DNA of 64,000 bases from Gemmatimonadaceae bacterium. GTDB lineage: Bacteria > Gemmatimonadota > Gemmatimonadetes > Gemmatimonadales > Gemmatimonadaceae. The position numbers and the translations under genes were made by a program. How positions within the stretch are numbered: the first letter of the stretch is position 1; every line of letters starts with the position of its first letter. The notes beneath the pieces are model-generated. The model saw only the letters and a program-made list of their open reading frames with translations. It ran no database searches and had not been told where the DNA came from. The stretch is taken from NCBI GenBank assembly GCA_035549215.1, contig DASZRI010000106.1, positions 2,687 to 66,686 on the forward strand, read 5' to 3'. Below, piece after piece: positions 27,210 through 37,790 of the stretch.

Positions 27210-28335
27210 GCGCCACCTCGGCGTACAGTCTCGCCATGCGCTCGGCGCAGCGCGGCCACGTGAACTGCGCGGCGCGCGTGATGCCGGCCTGCCGGCGCGC
27301 CTCCCAGGCACCCGGATTCGATGCCTGCTCATCGAGCAGGGACAGCGTGGTGCGCGTCCACGCCCCGACGTCAGCGGCCGGCGCGTAGGTCGCAGCCTCG
27401 CCGCCAACTTCACGCAGCACGCCAAGGTCGCTGGCCAGCACGGGCGTGCCGCACGCCAGCGCCTCCACGAGCGGCAGCCCGAACCCCTCGCGATCCGAGG
27501 GCAGGAGCACGAGCGTTGCGCTGCGATAGACGCCCGCCAGCGCCTGCGTCGAGAGGAACGGGAGCGTGCGGATCGCTGCCAGGACGCCGAGCTCCCGGGC
27601 CAGCGCCGACTGCTCCGCCGTCAGTTCGCCTCCCACCCGCACGAGCACTGCCTCCGGCAGCACCGCCCGCACACCGGCGAACGTCCTGAGGAGCACATCG
27701 ATGCGCTTGCGCGGAATCGTGCTTCCGACGTGCAGCAGCGTGACGGATCGTGTCGGCTCCAGCTGCGCGGGGGGCGAGAACGTCGCGTCCACGCCCAGCG
27801 GCACGACGACGGTGCCTTCACGGCGCAGCCCATTGTCGGCCAGCGCCCGGCGCGTGGCCTCGCTGTCACACGCCACCAGCGCCGCTGCCCGCAGTCCATC
27901 GAGGACGCGCGCAGTCATGCGCCGGAATGCCCGCGATCGCGGTTCGGCCGACGGATCAAACAGGCATCGAAAGGCATCCACATCGTGGCACGTGACGACC
28001 GTGCGCGCCGCGGGCAACTCGTGGACCAGGTGGGCGTATGTATGGTCCACCACGTGGTACACGTCGGCATCACCCCGGTTCGCGCGCAGCCAGCGCGGGT
28101 ACCGCAGGTGACGGTCCGCGTATCGATTCGCGTTGCGCAGCGCGCGGATGCCGGTGCCATCAGCCAGTGCCGCGGCCCACCGCGGCATGGCCGGACGCAG
28201 GCGCACGGCAGCGATGCGCGGATCAGGGACATCCGGCAGCGCGCGCAGCAACTGGTCGGCGACCAGGTCCATGCTCGGCCACCGCTCCTCGAGCAGGTCG
28301 CAGACGATGCCGACTGCCAGCGGTTGCGCGGTCAT
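27202..28335 (-). CDS. Glycosyltransferase, GT4-type
   Basis: REGFGLPLVEALACGTPVLASD. The ATG at 28335 overlaps the upstream stop (ATGA). Confidence 0.85.
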   Translation of the reverse strand: MTAQPLAVGIVCDLLEERWPSMDLVADQLLRALPDVPDPRIAAVRLRPAMPRWAAALADGTGIRALRNANRYADRHLRYPRWLRANRGDADVYHVVDHTYAHLVHELPAARTVVTCHDVDAFRCLFDPSAEPRSRAFRRMTARVLDGLRAAALVACDSEATRRALADNGLRREGTVVVPLGVDATFSPPAQLEPTRSVTLLHVGSTIPRKRIDVLLRTFAGVRAVLPEAVLVRVGGELTAEQSALARELGVLAAIRTLPFLSTQALAGVYRSATLVLLPSDREGFGLPLVEALACGTPVLASDLGVLREVGGEAATYAPAADVGAWTRTTLSLLDEQASNPGAWEARRQAGITRAAQFTWPRCAERMARLYAEVAHA

Positions 28336-29483
28336 TGCGCCACGATCCGCGAGAAGAAGTCCAGGTGCCGCTCGCCGACCACGCGCCACGAGAACTCGGC
28401 CTCCGCGCGGGCCCGGCCCCGCTGTCCGAGCGACACGCGCTCATCCGCGTTGGAGAGCAGGTGCTCGATCGCGCGGGTCCATCCTGCCTCATCACGCTCG
28501 CCGACGATGATCCCTGCGTCCCCGACCACGTGTGGAATTTCCCCGCTGTCACTCCCGACGACGGGCACGCCGCATGCGAACGCCTCGACGATCATCCGCC
28601 CGAACTGCTCCCGCCACGCAGGCGTGGTCTGGCTCGGTGCGCACAGCATGTCCATTGCGTTCAGGTAACGGGGGACATCGTCGTGCGCCACTCCGGTCGC
28701 CACGGCGACGCGCCCGTCCTGCTCCTGCGCGAAGGCGCGAAGCCCGGCTTCCAGCGGACCGCCGCCGACGAACAATGCGCGCCACGCCACGCCGCGGCGG
28801 GCAAGCGCGCGGAGCGCCTCGACCAGCATCGGCAGTCCCTTGCCCTCGACGAACCGTCCGACGAAGCCGACGACCGGGACGCTGTCGTCCTGCCACTGCA
28901 GCACGCGCCGCACGACAAGCCGTGCCGACGCATCCGGCGCGAATCGCGTCGTGTCCACGCCGAACGGGATGACCGTGTGCGGGCGGTCCGCGTAACCGCG
29001 ACGACGCTCGAGTGCGCGTTCCACGGAACGCCCGAAGGCGATCCATCCGTTCGCGCGCCGCAAGGACGCGCGCTCAATGGCGTTGAACGGGGGCGGGTAG
29101 CGCTTCGTGATGTTCTGGAAGGTGGCGTAGACCAGCGCCGAGCGCGGTGCGCACGCGCGCGCGACCTGCCAGCCGGCAACGATGTACGGTTCCTCCCAGC
29201 AGTGCACGACGTCCCACGGCTCGGACAGGATGTCTCGCAGCTTCCGGCTGTAGCGCATGACGTGAATCCACCGCGCGCCCTGCACCGGGAGCGGAACGAC
29301 GTTGCAGTGCTCGCCCGGCTCGCGCTGCAGCGTGAGTGGCCCGAGGTCGCCCGGAAACGCTGACGGCGCGACGATGGACACCTCCCAGGCGCCCTGCCCC
29401 GCGGCAGCCACTGCCTCGGCCAGCTCGCGGTTGCGGCGCACCACGTACGAGTGGCCGATCGTCAGGATGCGGCGTACGCTCAT
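28332..29483 (-). CDS. Glycosyltransferase, GT4-type
   Basis: MSVRRILTIGHSY... and REQFGRMIVEAFACGVPVVGSD. ATGA overlap with the upstream gene. Confidence 0.85.
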   Translation of the reverse strand: MSVRRILTIGHSYVVRRNRELAEAVAAAGQGAWEVSIVAPSAFPGDLGPLTLQREPGEHCNVVPLPVQGARWIHVMRYSRKLRDILSEPWDVVHCWEEPYIVAGWQVARACAPRSALVYATFQNITKRYPPPFNAIERASLRRANGWIAFGRSVERALERRRGYADRPHTVIPFGVDTTRFAPDASARLVVRRVLQWQDDSVPVVGFVGRFVEGKGLPMLVEALRALARRGVAWRALFVGGGPLEAGLRAFAQEQDGRVAVATGVAHDDVPRYLNAMDMLCAPSQTTPAWREQFGRMIVEAFACGVPVVGSDSGEIPHVVGDAGIIVGERDEAGWTRAIEHLLSNADERVSLGQRGRARAEAEFSWRVVGERHLDFFSRIVAQ

Positions 29484-30403
29484 GACGCTGGCTCCGCGTA
29501 CGGTTCGGGCTGGCGGACCAGCTTCCTCCAGTGTCGGAACGTGGACCACCGCACGGGGCGGCGGATGCGGAGCGCCGCAGGCCCGTCATGCCAGAGCGCA
29601 CGCAGGACACGGCGAAAGCCGCCAGGGTCGGCGATGCCCAGCGCGCGCCGAAGCCGGAAATAGCCGACGAGCCGGAGCGGCGCCTGCACGCACAGCACGA
29701 GGAACGGATCGTCGTAGAGTGACGAGAGCACGCCGTTGCGCACCACGAGGTGCAAGTACTGCCGTGTGTCCCGGCCGGTCGGGTCAGGCAGGTGTGCGAC
29801 GCACGCGGGTGGCAGGTAGGCGACGCGCCACCCACGGTCCAGTGCGCGCAGGCAGAGCTCGCGCTCCTCTCCCATCACGACGAGCTGCTCGCGGAAGCCA
29901 CCGAGCGCAAGCATTGCATCCCGGCGCAGCAGGTGGCCATAGCCGATAAACGACGCGATGAGGGACGGCACGCGCACCGGCGCCGGCTGCGCATGGGGTG
30001 GATACGGTGCGCCGCTGGCGTCAGCTTGCACAAATGCCACGGCGAAGACGCGCTGATCGCGCTTCAGCACGTCCAGCCCGCGGCGGATCGAGTCCACGGA
30101 CACGATCGCGGCATCGTCGTCCAGGTTCAGCACCCACGGTGTCGCCGCCTGCTCGATGAACGTGTTGCGCGCCGCGCAGAGCCCACGCGGTGTGTCGAAC
30201 CGGATGAACGTGACGCCGTTGATCCCCTCATCGCCGGCCAGCGCCCGGACGCGCGGCTCCACGGGTTCCTCGGAACCATCGTCCACGACAATCACGTCAT
30301 GCACGAGCGGCCCGAGCGCGCGCAGCGATCGCAGGCAGCGCAGCAGCGCAGCCGGCCGGTTGCGCGTCCCGATCCCGACCGTGATCCGCTCCGGCGCGCT
30401 CAC
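29480..30403 (-). CDS. Glycosyltransferase, GT2 family
   Basis: ITVGIGTRNRPAALLRCLRSL, VIVVDDGSEEP, NLDDDA (DxD). I chose the GTG at 30403 because it forms a GTGA overlap with the upstream stop; the alternative start is 30472. Confidence 0.8.
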   Translation of the reverse strand: MSAPERITVGIGTRNRPAALLRCLRSLRALGPLVHDVIVVDDGSEEPVEPRVRALAGDEGINGVTFIRFDTPRGLCAARNTFIEQAATPWVLNLDDDAAIVSVDSIRRGLDVLKRDQRVFAVAFVQADASGAPYPPHAQPAPVRVPSLIASFIGYGHLLRRDAMLALGGFREQLVVMGEERELCLRALDRGWRVAYLPPACVAHLPDPTGRDTRQYLHLVVRNGVLSSLYDDPFLVLCVQAPLRLVGYFRLRRALGIADPGGFRRVLRALWHDGPAALRIRRPVRWSTFRHWRKLVRQPEPYAEPAS

Positions 30404-31560
30404 GCGCCCCTCCGCCGCGACGCGATTGCCGCCCGATAGCACGTCACGGTCTGCTCCGCCGTGCGAGCCCACGTGAACGTGCGGGCCGCCCGGAAGGCCG
30501 CGTTGCCCAGCCGGGTACGCAAGGCGCTGTCATCCAGCAGCCGTCGCATGGCTTCCATCAGGGCCGACGCCGATCGCCGAGGCACCAGGAGCCCGGTCTC
30601 GCCGTCGCGCACGAGCGCGATGGCACTTCCCTGCGGCGTGGCAATCACCGGCATCCGCTGGCTCATCGCTTCCACCAGCACCATGCCGAACCCTTCATAC
30701 GACGACGGCATGACCAGCATGTCATGCCGGCGATACGCCGCCATCACCTCCGCTTCCCCTGCCCGGCCAACGACAGTCACGGCCTCGCGGACGTCAGGGG
30801 GGAAATGCGAGAACACGGCGGCATCCGGCACATTCGCGCCGAAGACGGTGAGCCGGGAGGACGGCCGTTCGCGCCGGAGCTGGGTGAACGCCGCCGCAAG
30901 GTATCGCACGCCCTTGATGTCGTCCCAGGTGCCGCAGAACAGGATCCCCGCACCCCGCGGCGCATCGCTCGCGGGCGCTTCCTCGATGAAGCGTGCCGAC
31001 ACTCCGTGCGCGATGATGTCGATCTCGCCCGGTGCCTTCCAGCCGTGCGCCAGTGCAAACTCCCGATCGCCTGCGTTCAGCACGATCAGCCGGTCGGCAA
31101 GGCGCGCGGCCATCGCCACTTGCGACAACCGCGCGGCCGGGTGCCACCAGCGACGCAGCCACCCCTTTCGGATGAATCCCGCCTCCGCATCCTCGAGCAG
31201 GCGTCGGTAGTTCAGGTGTTCCAGGCCGTGCGACCGGCTCACGATGGCGGTGGGGCGATCCGGGGCCAGCGCGTTGCGCAGGCCAATGATCGATCCTTCC
31301 GCGCTGGCGACATCGATCACGTCGTATGGCCCGCGCTCCCGTTCGCGGCGCGCGATGGCTCGCGCCGCCACGACTGGTCCGAGCGCCCAGCGCAACTTGC
31401 CCCATGGCGGCCAGGCGCCAAGGCCGGGCTGCAGCATCACGTCGCACGTGTGGCCCAGCGCTTCGAGCTCCTCGTGCAGCTTGTAGTACACCTTCGCAGA
31501 GCCGAGGCGCGGGTCGGCGGGATAGTCCCCGACGAGCAGGATCCGGAGTGGCGAGGTCAT
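30400..31560 (-). CDS. Glycosyltransferase, GT4-type
   Basis: MTSPLRILLVGDYP... and YEGFGMVLVEAMSQRMPVIATP. ATGA overlap upstream. Confidence 0.85.
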   Translation of the reverse strand: MTSPLRILLVGDYPADPRLGSAKVYYKLHEELEALGHTCDVMLQPGLGAWPPWGKLRWALGPVVAARAIARRERERGPYDVIDVASAEGSIIGLRNALAPDRPTAIVSRSHGLEHLNYRRLLEDAEAGFIRKGWLRRWWHPAARLSQVAMAARLADRLIVLNAGDREFALAHGWKAPGEIDIIAHGVSARFIEEAPASDAPRGAGILFCGTWDDIKGVRYLAAAFTQLRRERPSSRLTVFGANVPDAAVFSHFPPDVREAVTVVGRAGEAEVMAAYRRHDMLVMPSSYEGFGMVLVEAMSQRMPVIATPQGSAIALVRDGETGLLVPRRSASALMEAMRRLLDDSALRTRLGNAAFRAARTFTWARTAEQTVTCYRAAIASRRRGA

Positions 31561-32723
31561 GCCCGTCCCTCACCGCCGTCCATGAGCGCCTGCACCGTGC
31601 GCGACATGCTGAAGCGCGCATCGTACAGCGTGCGCCCCGCGGCGCCCAGCGCACGGCGCGCCGCCTCGCTGGTGAGCAACGACTCCGCAGTTGCGGCGAG
31701 TGCCGATGCCGCAGCCGAATCCGCGAGCGCGAGCGCGCGCTGCTCGCCCCAGACACGCTCGGTGGCGGCGCCACGATTGCTCACCACGGCCACGCCGTTC
31801 GCCAGCGCGGCCATCAGCGTCGTGCGACGCCCGCTCGCCCCATCCTTGTACGGCTGCACCACGAGGTCGCATGCCTGCAGCGACACCGACACCCGCTCGG
31901 GAGCCTGCCGCCCTGTCGCGCTGATGCGCTGCGCATGCGCCGGGAGCTGCGCGCGAAGCGCTGCAGCGAGGCGGTCGCTGCCATCGCCCATGAACAGGAA
32001 GTGTACGGTCGCGTGCGCGTCCAGCAGCCTCCGGGCCGCCTCGGCAACCAGCGGAGCCACGAGCGCTCCGTAGGTGCCGAAGTGCCCGATGAGGACTGCG
32101 TCCCGTGCGTCACCGATCGCCGCGCGCCGGGCTGCGTCCACCGCTGGCGCATCGTCCACGCGCGGGATGGCCGAGGGAATTGGCAGCCAGGTGAAGGCCA
32201 GCCCGCGCGGGGCGTAGGGACGCAGGCGTCGCGCCCATGACTCGGCGGACACGTACGCGACGCGTGCGCCCGCCATCAGCTCATGCGCCATCCACCGATT
32301 GACCAACGCGAGCAGGTTTCGATGCGGCGGCCATGCCTCGAATGGGTAGAATGCCTCATGGAACATCACCCGCACGTCGTCGTGATGGGCCTCGGCGCGC
32401 CGTCGCACCCAGCGACAGAAGCCGACGTTCATTCCGCGCCGCCCAAATGACTGCGGGACGTACTGCACAATCAAGTGTCGCGGCGATGGCATGGTGCCCA
32501 GCGCGTCGTCCAGCGCCTGCAGCGCACCGCGGTCGAACACTCCCGGCAGCCGATGCACCGTTACGCCCGTCGGCGCACCCTCACCTGCGCTCGTCTCCGG
32601 AGCCCAGACATGCACCTCCCGGCCTTGCGCATGCAGGGCGGATGCGACCGCGGCGGTGTAGTCCGCCACGCCCCCGCGCTGCGGCGGGTACTCGCCCGTG
32701 ACCAGATGCAGCGGCGCCGTCAT
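31557..32723 (-). CDS. Glycosyltransferase (divergent GT-B fold)
   Basis: MTAPLHLVTGEYPPQRGGVADY... and a C-terminal GRRTTLMAALANGVAVVSN. ATGA overlap upstream. Confidence 0.7.
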   Translation of the reverse strand: MTAPLHLVTGEYPPQRGGVADYTAAVASALHAQGREVHVWAPETSAGEGAPTGVTVHRLPGVFDRGALQALDDALGTMPSPRHLIVQYVPQSFGRRGMNVGFCRWVRRRAEAHHDDVRVMFHEAFYPFEAWPPHRNLLALVNRWMAHELMAGARVAYVSAESWARRLRPYAPRGLAFTWLPIPSAIPRVDDAPAVDAARRAAIGDARDAVLIGHFGTYGALVAPLVAEAARRLLDAHATVHFLFMGDGSDRLAAALRAQLPAHAQRISATGRQAPERVSVSLQACDLVVQPYKDGASGRRTTLMAALANGVAVVSNRGAATERVWGEQRALALADSAAASALAATAESLLTSEAARRALGAAGRTLYDARFSMSRTVQALMDGGEGRA

Positions 32724-33904
32724 GCCCACTCCACGTTCGACGCCTGTGACAGCAGGTGCTCGATGACGTCGAGGTGCCGCTCGCGCGACATCTCCTGCGC
32801 CACCTGCCATGCTCGCAGCCGGAACGCCTGCAGCGCGCCGCGTTCCGCAACGGCCGCCGCGATCGCGGCCCCCAGCGCACGCGCCCCGCCTGCCGCAGGC
32901 ACGAGCCAGCCGTTGTGCCCGTCGCGCAGCCACTCACCAATCCCGCCGACATCGAATGCGACCGCCGGAACGCCGAACGCGCCGGCCTCGAGCCCGACCA
33001 GGCCGAATGGCTCTGGCCACACGCTCGGCACGGCGATCAGCGCCGCTTGCTGGTATTGCGCGTCGCGCGAGCGCTCGTCGAGCCAGCCCGTGAACTCTGC
33101 CTCCACCCCGACGCGCTCCGCGAGGGCGGACCAATCGGCGCGCTGCGGGCCATCACCCACGAACGTCGCGGAGATGCGGACGCCAGTGGTGTCCTGCGCA
33201 TGTGCAATGGCGCGAACCAGCGCGTCGCCGCCCTTGTGCGCGGTCATCCGGCCGACGAACAGCACGCGAAACGGATCGGGCGTCACCCCCGCGTGCGGCG
33301 TCCCCCCCGCGGTGGCGAACAACCGGGCGACGGTGAGCCGTTGCTCCGGCACGCCGTTCCCGGCATACTCGCGCCGCATGTGCTCGCTCGCCACGACGAC
33401 GGCCGCGTACCGGGCAAACAGGCCCTGCTGTGCCCGAGCCCATGCATACTGCTCGCTCAGCGCCCCAACGCTCCAGCTTCCGCAGTGCCGCGGCAGGTAC
33501 AGCGCCGCGCACCCAATGCCGAACCGGCGGACGCACGCGACCATCGACGGGAACTTGTGCACCTTCTCGCCGCCGATGCACGTGCCGAAGTAGCCGTGCA
33601 TCATCTTCACGACGGGCACCCTTGCGGCAAGCGCCTCGTCCACGCGGAGGGCGCTCATGTTGTGCGAGAAGCAGGCGTCAGGCTTCCACGCCAGCGCGTC
33701 CCGCACGGCGGAATCCCCGCCTGTCGCCACGCAGAAGTGGGGCGCCGCGCTCCCCGCCGGCGACGTCGCGCCCTCCCGCATCGGGTCCACGTGCAGGAAC
33801 GCGACCTCGTGCCCGCGCCCTCGCAAGGCGTGGATGACGGCCTGCAGGTAGACCTGCACGCCGCCGCCGTCCCCGATGCCGTCGTTCGCGAACAGGATGC
33901 GCAT
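32720..33904 (-). CDS. Glycosyltransferase, GT4-type
   Basis: MRILFANDGIGDGGGVQVY... and PEPFGLVGLEAGAFGVPAVAFD. Confidence 0.85.
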   Translation of the reverse strand: MRILFANDGIGDGGGVQVYLQAVIHALRGRGHEVAFLHVDPMREGATSPAGSAAPHFCVATGGDSAVRDALAWKPDACFSHNMSALRVDEALAARVPVVKMMHGYFGTCIGGEKVHKFPSMVACVRRFGIGCAALYLPRHCGSWSVGALSEQYAWARAQQGLFARYAAVVVASEHMRREYAGNGVPEQRLTVARLFATAGGTPHAGVTPDPFRVLFVGRMTAHKGGDALVRAIAHAQDTTGVRISATFVGDGPQRADWSALAERVGVEAEFTGWLDERSRDAQYQQAALIAVPSVWPEPFGLVGLEAGAFGVPAVAFDVGGIGEWLRDGHNGWLVPAAGGARALGAAIAAAVAERGALQAFRLRAWQVAQEMSRERHLDVIEHLLSQASNVEWA

Positions 33905-33907
33905 GGA

Positions 33908-34786
33908 TCAGGTCGGCACCAGCCGCACGCACTCGCCTTCCATCGACCACGGGTCGATGCCGGTGCGCAGCCCCTCGACGCGCAGGCCCTGCGCGGCCAG
34001 CTCGGCCTCGAGGTCGCCACGCGTCATGCCGTACGACGCCCACGCCGCCGGGTGCAGTTCCATGAACACCACGCCAGCCGGGCGCATGGCCGCCAACGTC
34101 CGGCGCGCGCCGCGCAGCACCGAGAGCTCCGCACCCTCGACATCGATCTTGACCAGGCGCGGCGTCACGCCGGAGGCCGCGCACACGGCGTCCACGGTCG
34201 TGGTCGGCACGCGCGTCACCGCCCCGGGCGACGCGGCTTGCCCGTGCATGATGTGGTTCGTGCCCTGGAAGCCGTCGCTTGCGAACGCCACCTCGCCTTC
34301 TGCATCGCTCACGGCCACCGGGCGGCATTCCACGACCGCGGAAACGTGGTTCAGCGCGACGTGCTGCTGCAGTGCCGTGAAGGCGCCCGGCGCCGGCTCG
34401 AAGGAGATCACGCGCCCGCCGGGCCGCACCCACTGCGCGAACAGCAGCGTGTACGCACCCACATTGGCGCCAATGTCCAGCGCCACGTCACCGGGCCTGA
34501 GTGCGCCGCGAAATGCCTCGTACTCGATGGGATTCCAGCTCATCAGCCGGTACTGCGGTGCCACGCGGACCACTTCGCCGTGCGGCAGCGTGCTCACCAG
34601 CGCGCCGCTTCCCCCGCCAAGCATGCCGTGGTATGCCGCGCGAAGTACGCGGCGCAACGCCCCATTCCCGACAACGCGCGAGACCATAACACCAAGGCGC
34701 TCGAGCACCGTGGTCTTGCGATAGGCCGAGCTGCCGGCGCGCGCCGGCGCGCCGCGATCGCCAGTCGGGGTCATGCCGCCCGCCAT
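33908..34786 (-). CDS. FkbM family methyltransferase
   Basis: GDVALDIGANVGAYTLLFA...ISFEP...VKIDVEGAELSVLRGA. The start is Met at 34786 or Met at 34774. Confidence 0.8.
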   Translation of the reverse strand: MAGGMTPTGDRGAPARAGSSAYRKTTVLERLGVMVSRVVGNGALRRVLRAAYHGMLGGGSGALVSTLPHGEVVRVAPQYRLMSWNPIEYEAFRGALRPGDVALDIGANVGAYTLLFAQWVRPGGRVISFEPAPGAFTALQQHVALNHVSAVVECRPVAVSDAEGEVAFASDGFQGTNHIMHGQAASPGAVTRVPTTTVDAVCAASGVTPRLVKIDVEGAELSVLRGARRTLAAMRPAGVVFMELHPAAWASYGMTRGDLEAELAAQGLRVEGLRTGIDPWSMEGECVRLVPT

Positions 34787-34793
34787 TGGGATT

Positions 34794-35705
34794 TCACGCG
34801 CCTCCAGTGCCCGACGACGGGTGAATGGCATGCCGCACCGCGGCAATCACCGCGCTCGTGGCCGACCGCGGCGTGAGCAGGCGACGCCACGTCCGGTGCG
34901 GGCGACCGTGCTCGGCGTGGATCATCGCGTCCCATCGCTCGTAGAAGATCCTGGCGTTGCGCAGGCCGATCGCCTGGCGCCGCTCCGACGGTGTCTGCGA
35001 GTAGGTGGTGCTGAGCAGGTGGCGGTAGGCGCCGTCGCGCTCGTAACCATGCGTCGCGATTCGCCACCCGGCCTGCCGGATCCGGTAGCACAGGTCGGCT
35101 TCATCCCATTCCGTCGGACGGAAGACCTCGTCCATTGGCCCCACCGCGTCCAGGCAGGCGCGTCGCACGACCCATGGCCGCATGACCGCGTCCACCTCGT
35201 ACAGGCGCACCCAGTTCCAGGGGGCCGGGCCGATTGTGCTCTGCAGGCGCCGCCAGTCCACGGAATCTTCCCATGTCAGCACCGGCGCATCTACCGCGGA
35301 CACCAGCAGCCCGCGGCTCAGGCTCATCAGCCCGATGTCCGGATACGCCCCGAATGTGCGCAACAGCTCCGGCACGAACCACGATGCCTGCAGGAACATG
35401 TCGTCGTGCCAGCTCATGATCAGCGGCGCACGCGCCTCGCGGAATCCACGATTGGTGCACATCAGCTCGTGCACGTTGTCCTCGTGCAGGACACGCAGCG
35501 CCGGCCCGCTCCACCCGTCGCCGGCAAGCTGCGCCAGGTACTCGGCCGTGCCGTCCGTGCACCCGTCCTCGACCACCAGCAGTTCTACTGGCGCGTCCGC
35601 CGCGAACCGCTGCCAGCATTCGAGGCACTTCTGCAGCACCGCGCGGTTGTTGTGCGTCGCGATGATGACCGAGAGCTGCGGCGCGCGCGTCGTGATTGGC
35701 GTCAT
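34794..35705 (-). CDS. Glycosyltransferase, GT2 family
   Basis: LSVIIATHNNRAVLQKCLECW, LLVVEDGCTDGT, SWHDDMF. ATGA overlap upstream. Confidence 0.85.
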   Translation of the reverse strand: MTPITTRAPQLSVIIATHNNRAVLQKCLECWQRFAADAPVELLVVEDGCTDGTAEYLAQLAGDGWSGPALRVLHEDNVHELMCTNRGFREARAPLIMSWHDDMFLQASWFVPELLRTFGAYPDIGLMSLSRGLLVSAVDAPVLTWEDSVDWRRLQSTIGPAPWNWVRLYEVDAVMRPWVVRRACLDAVGPMDEVFRPTEWDEADLCYRIRQAGWRIATHGYERDGAYRHLLSTTYSQTPSERRQAIGLRNARIFYERWDAMIHAEHGRPHRTWRRLLTPRSATSAVIAAVRHAIHPSSGTGGA

Positions 35706-36652
35706 GGAATCCGGGCGTAGGCCTGGAGGTGAAGGGCAAGCGGGGTGTGGACACCACCGGGAAGCGCACGCGTCGTGGTGTAGAAGCTGCGCCGGGCGCC
35801 GTTCATCAGCAGGCGGCGCAGCGTGCCGCCGTGCCCGTGCGGGACGAGCTCCGGCGCGGCAACCGTCACGCGGACGTCGGTGAACCCGGCGCGCTCGAGC
35901 GCCAGGCGAAGCGATCGCGGCGTGAAGTGGTTCACATGCACGAGGTTGTCCGCAACCGTCGCGCGATACCCGCGCACGAGCCGCGCACGCAGGACTTCCT
36001 TCCGCAGCTGCGCCGGGCCGTGCGGCACCTTCACGGCGACCCACCCGCCCGGTGCCAGCACGCGCGCGATCCCGGCCACCACGGGCACCGGGTCGGGAAT
36101 GTGCTCGAGCACGTCGATCAGCGTTGCGGCGTCGAACCGCCGCCCTCGCTCGGCCAGGTCGTGCGCGTCCAGCTGGTGCACCGGACGACCGGTCGCCCGC
36201 CGGGCAAACGCCGAGGTCTGCGGATTCAGCTCGATGCCCTCCGCGTCCCACCCTTCGGCGAGCGCCAGCCGGATCAGGCGGCCGACGTGCGCGCCGACGT
36301 CGAGCAGCGTCCGCCGGCCCGGCGGCAGTCGCCGAGCCAGTGCGCCGAGCACGGTGCGGAAGATCAGGTCCTTGTAGTCACTCGCGAACTCCTGCGCCAT
36401 CCAGTCACCGGACCAGCGCTGGTCGTACATGCGCGCGAAGTACTGCGGCAGTACGGGGAGCGCCGCAGGCTGCCCGAAGCCACAGCGCGCGCAGCGCATC
36501 AGCGCGACACGCTGGCCCGTGTACGCGGCGAGCTCGGGATCCTGGTCGCGAAAGGCGCTATGGTCGAAGATCGCCTCATGCACGCGCACGAGGCGATCGC
36601 CCCCGCACACCCAGCACTGGCCCAGCGGCGAGAAACGCGGCACGTCGCCCAT
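35702..36652 (-). CDS. Class I SAM-dependent methyltransferase with an N-terminal Cys4 zinc ribbon
   Basis: CWVCGG...CARCGF, then LLDVGAHVGRLIRLALAEGWDAEGIELNP and LIDVLEHIPDP. Confidence 0.8.
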   Translation of the reverse strand: MGDVPRFSPLGQCWVCGGDRLVRVHEAIFDHSAFRDQDPELAAYTGQRVALMRCARCGFGQPAALPVLPQYFARMYDQRWSGDWMAQEFASDYKDLIFRTVLGALARRLPPGRRTLLDVGAHVGRLIRLALAEGWDAEGIELNPQTSAFARRATGRPVHQLDAHDLAERGRRFDAATLIDVLEHIPDPVPVVAGIARVLAPGGWVAVKVPHGPAQLRKEVLRARLVRGYRATVADNLVHVNHFTPRSLRLALERAGFTDVRVTVAAPELVPHGHGGTLRRLLMNGARRSFYTTTRALPGGVHTPLALHLQAYARIP

Positions 36653-36653
36653 G

Positions 36654-37790
36654 TCAGGCCACCTCCTGCATGGCGCGCACGATGGCCGCACTCATGTCGT
36701 CCCAGGTCCACGCCCGCAAGGCTGCGCTGCATTCTTCCGCCTTGCGCCGCCACGCCTCGCGGTCGGCGTACCACACCGCCATCGCCGCGTGAACCCCGCC
36801 GGGATCCCGCAGGTCGTTCACCTGCAGTCCCTCGAGCCCGCGCAGCCGCTCGGAGACGCCGGCCTCTGCGCTGGTGATTGCGGGCAGCCCGCAGCACACC
36901 GCCTCGTGCACGGCCAGTCCGTAGGCCTCGTACCGCGACGGCGCGACGACCGCGTCGCAGGCCCACAGGTGCCCTCGCACGTCCTGCGTGAACCCGATGA
37001 ACCGGATGACGTCCGCGAGCCCTTCACGGCGGGCGCGCGCCTGCCACTCGGGAAGCTCCTGCCCCGCGCCCATGACCACGAGGCGCGCGTGCCAGGTTCG
37101 CTCGCGCGCCGCCAGCCGCCACGCCTCGAACACGAGGTCGAATCCCTTGCGCCGATCCCCGAGCGCCCCGACGAACGCAACAGCAGGCGTGTCGTCCCGC
37201 CAGCCGAGCTGTGCGCGTGCCTCGCGCCGCTCTGCGGCGGTCGGCGGCCGGTGCACCGCCGGATCGGTTCCGTAGTACACCGTCCGGACGCGCGAGTCGG
37301 GCACGCCTACCCGCTGCACGACGTCCGCGCGCGTGCGCTCCGAGTTCACGATCACCAGGCGCGCTGCACGAAGTGCGACGCGTTCATCTTGCACGAACCG
37401 CCGGTGCGCCCATGTCCGCACCACGCGCCGGGAGCCACCCTCGGCGGACGCAGGCGCGTGCGCCGCATGCACGTAGTGCACCCAGTTCGTGTCGGTGCTG
37501 ATGCAGTTGCCGCCATTCACAACCTGGCGCCCGCCACGCGCGGTGATCACGCGCCCCCACCGCTGTCCGGCACGGGCGAGCAGCGGTGCGCCCAGCAGGT
37601 AGGAACCCAGTGGCTTGGGCACGCGATGCATCACCACGCCGGGCATCTCCAGCAGTGCGGCATCCGCGCGGTGCGCGACCAGGTGCACCTCCTCGCCGCG
37701 CGCCGCGAGGTGCCGCGCGAGCGCCAGGTTCGCCACGTCCATGCCGCCCGTGCGCACGAAGTCGCCGGTCACGAGGGCATACGCCGTCAT
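36654..37790 (-). CDS. Glycosyltransferase, GT4-type
   Basis: MTAYALVTGDFVRTGGMD... and YEAYGLAVHEAVCCGLPAITS. ATGA overlap upstream. The rest of ORF 36654..39293 runs in frame through the next gene's region and is not coding. Confidence 0.85.
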   Translation of the reverse strand: MTAYALVTGDFVRTGGMDVANLALARHLAARGEEVHLVAHRADAALLEMPGVVMHRVPKPLGSYLLGAPLLARAGQRWGRVITARGGRQVVNGGNCISTDTNWVHYVHAAHAPASAEGGSRRVVRTWAHRRFVQDERVALRAARLVIVNSERTRADVVQRVGVPDSRVRTVYYGTDPAVHRPPTAAERREARAQLGWRDDTPAVAFVGALGDRRKGFDLVFEAWRLAARERTWHARLVVMGAGQELPEWQARARREGLADVIRFIGFTQDVRGHLWACDAVVAPSRYEAYGLAVHEAVCCGLPAITSAEAGVSERLRGLEGLQVNDLRDPGGVHAAMAVWYADREAWRRKAEECSAALRAWTWDDMSAAIVRAMQEVA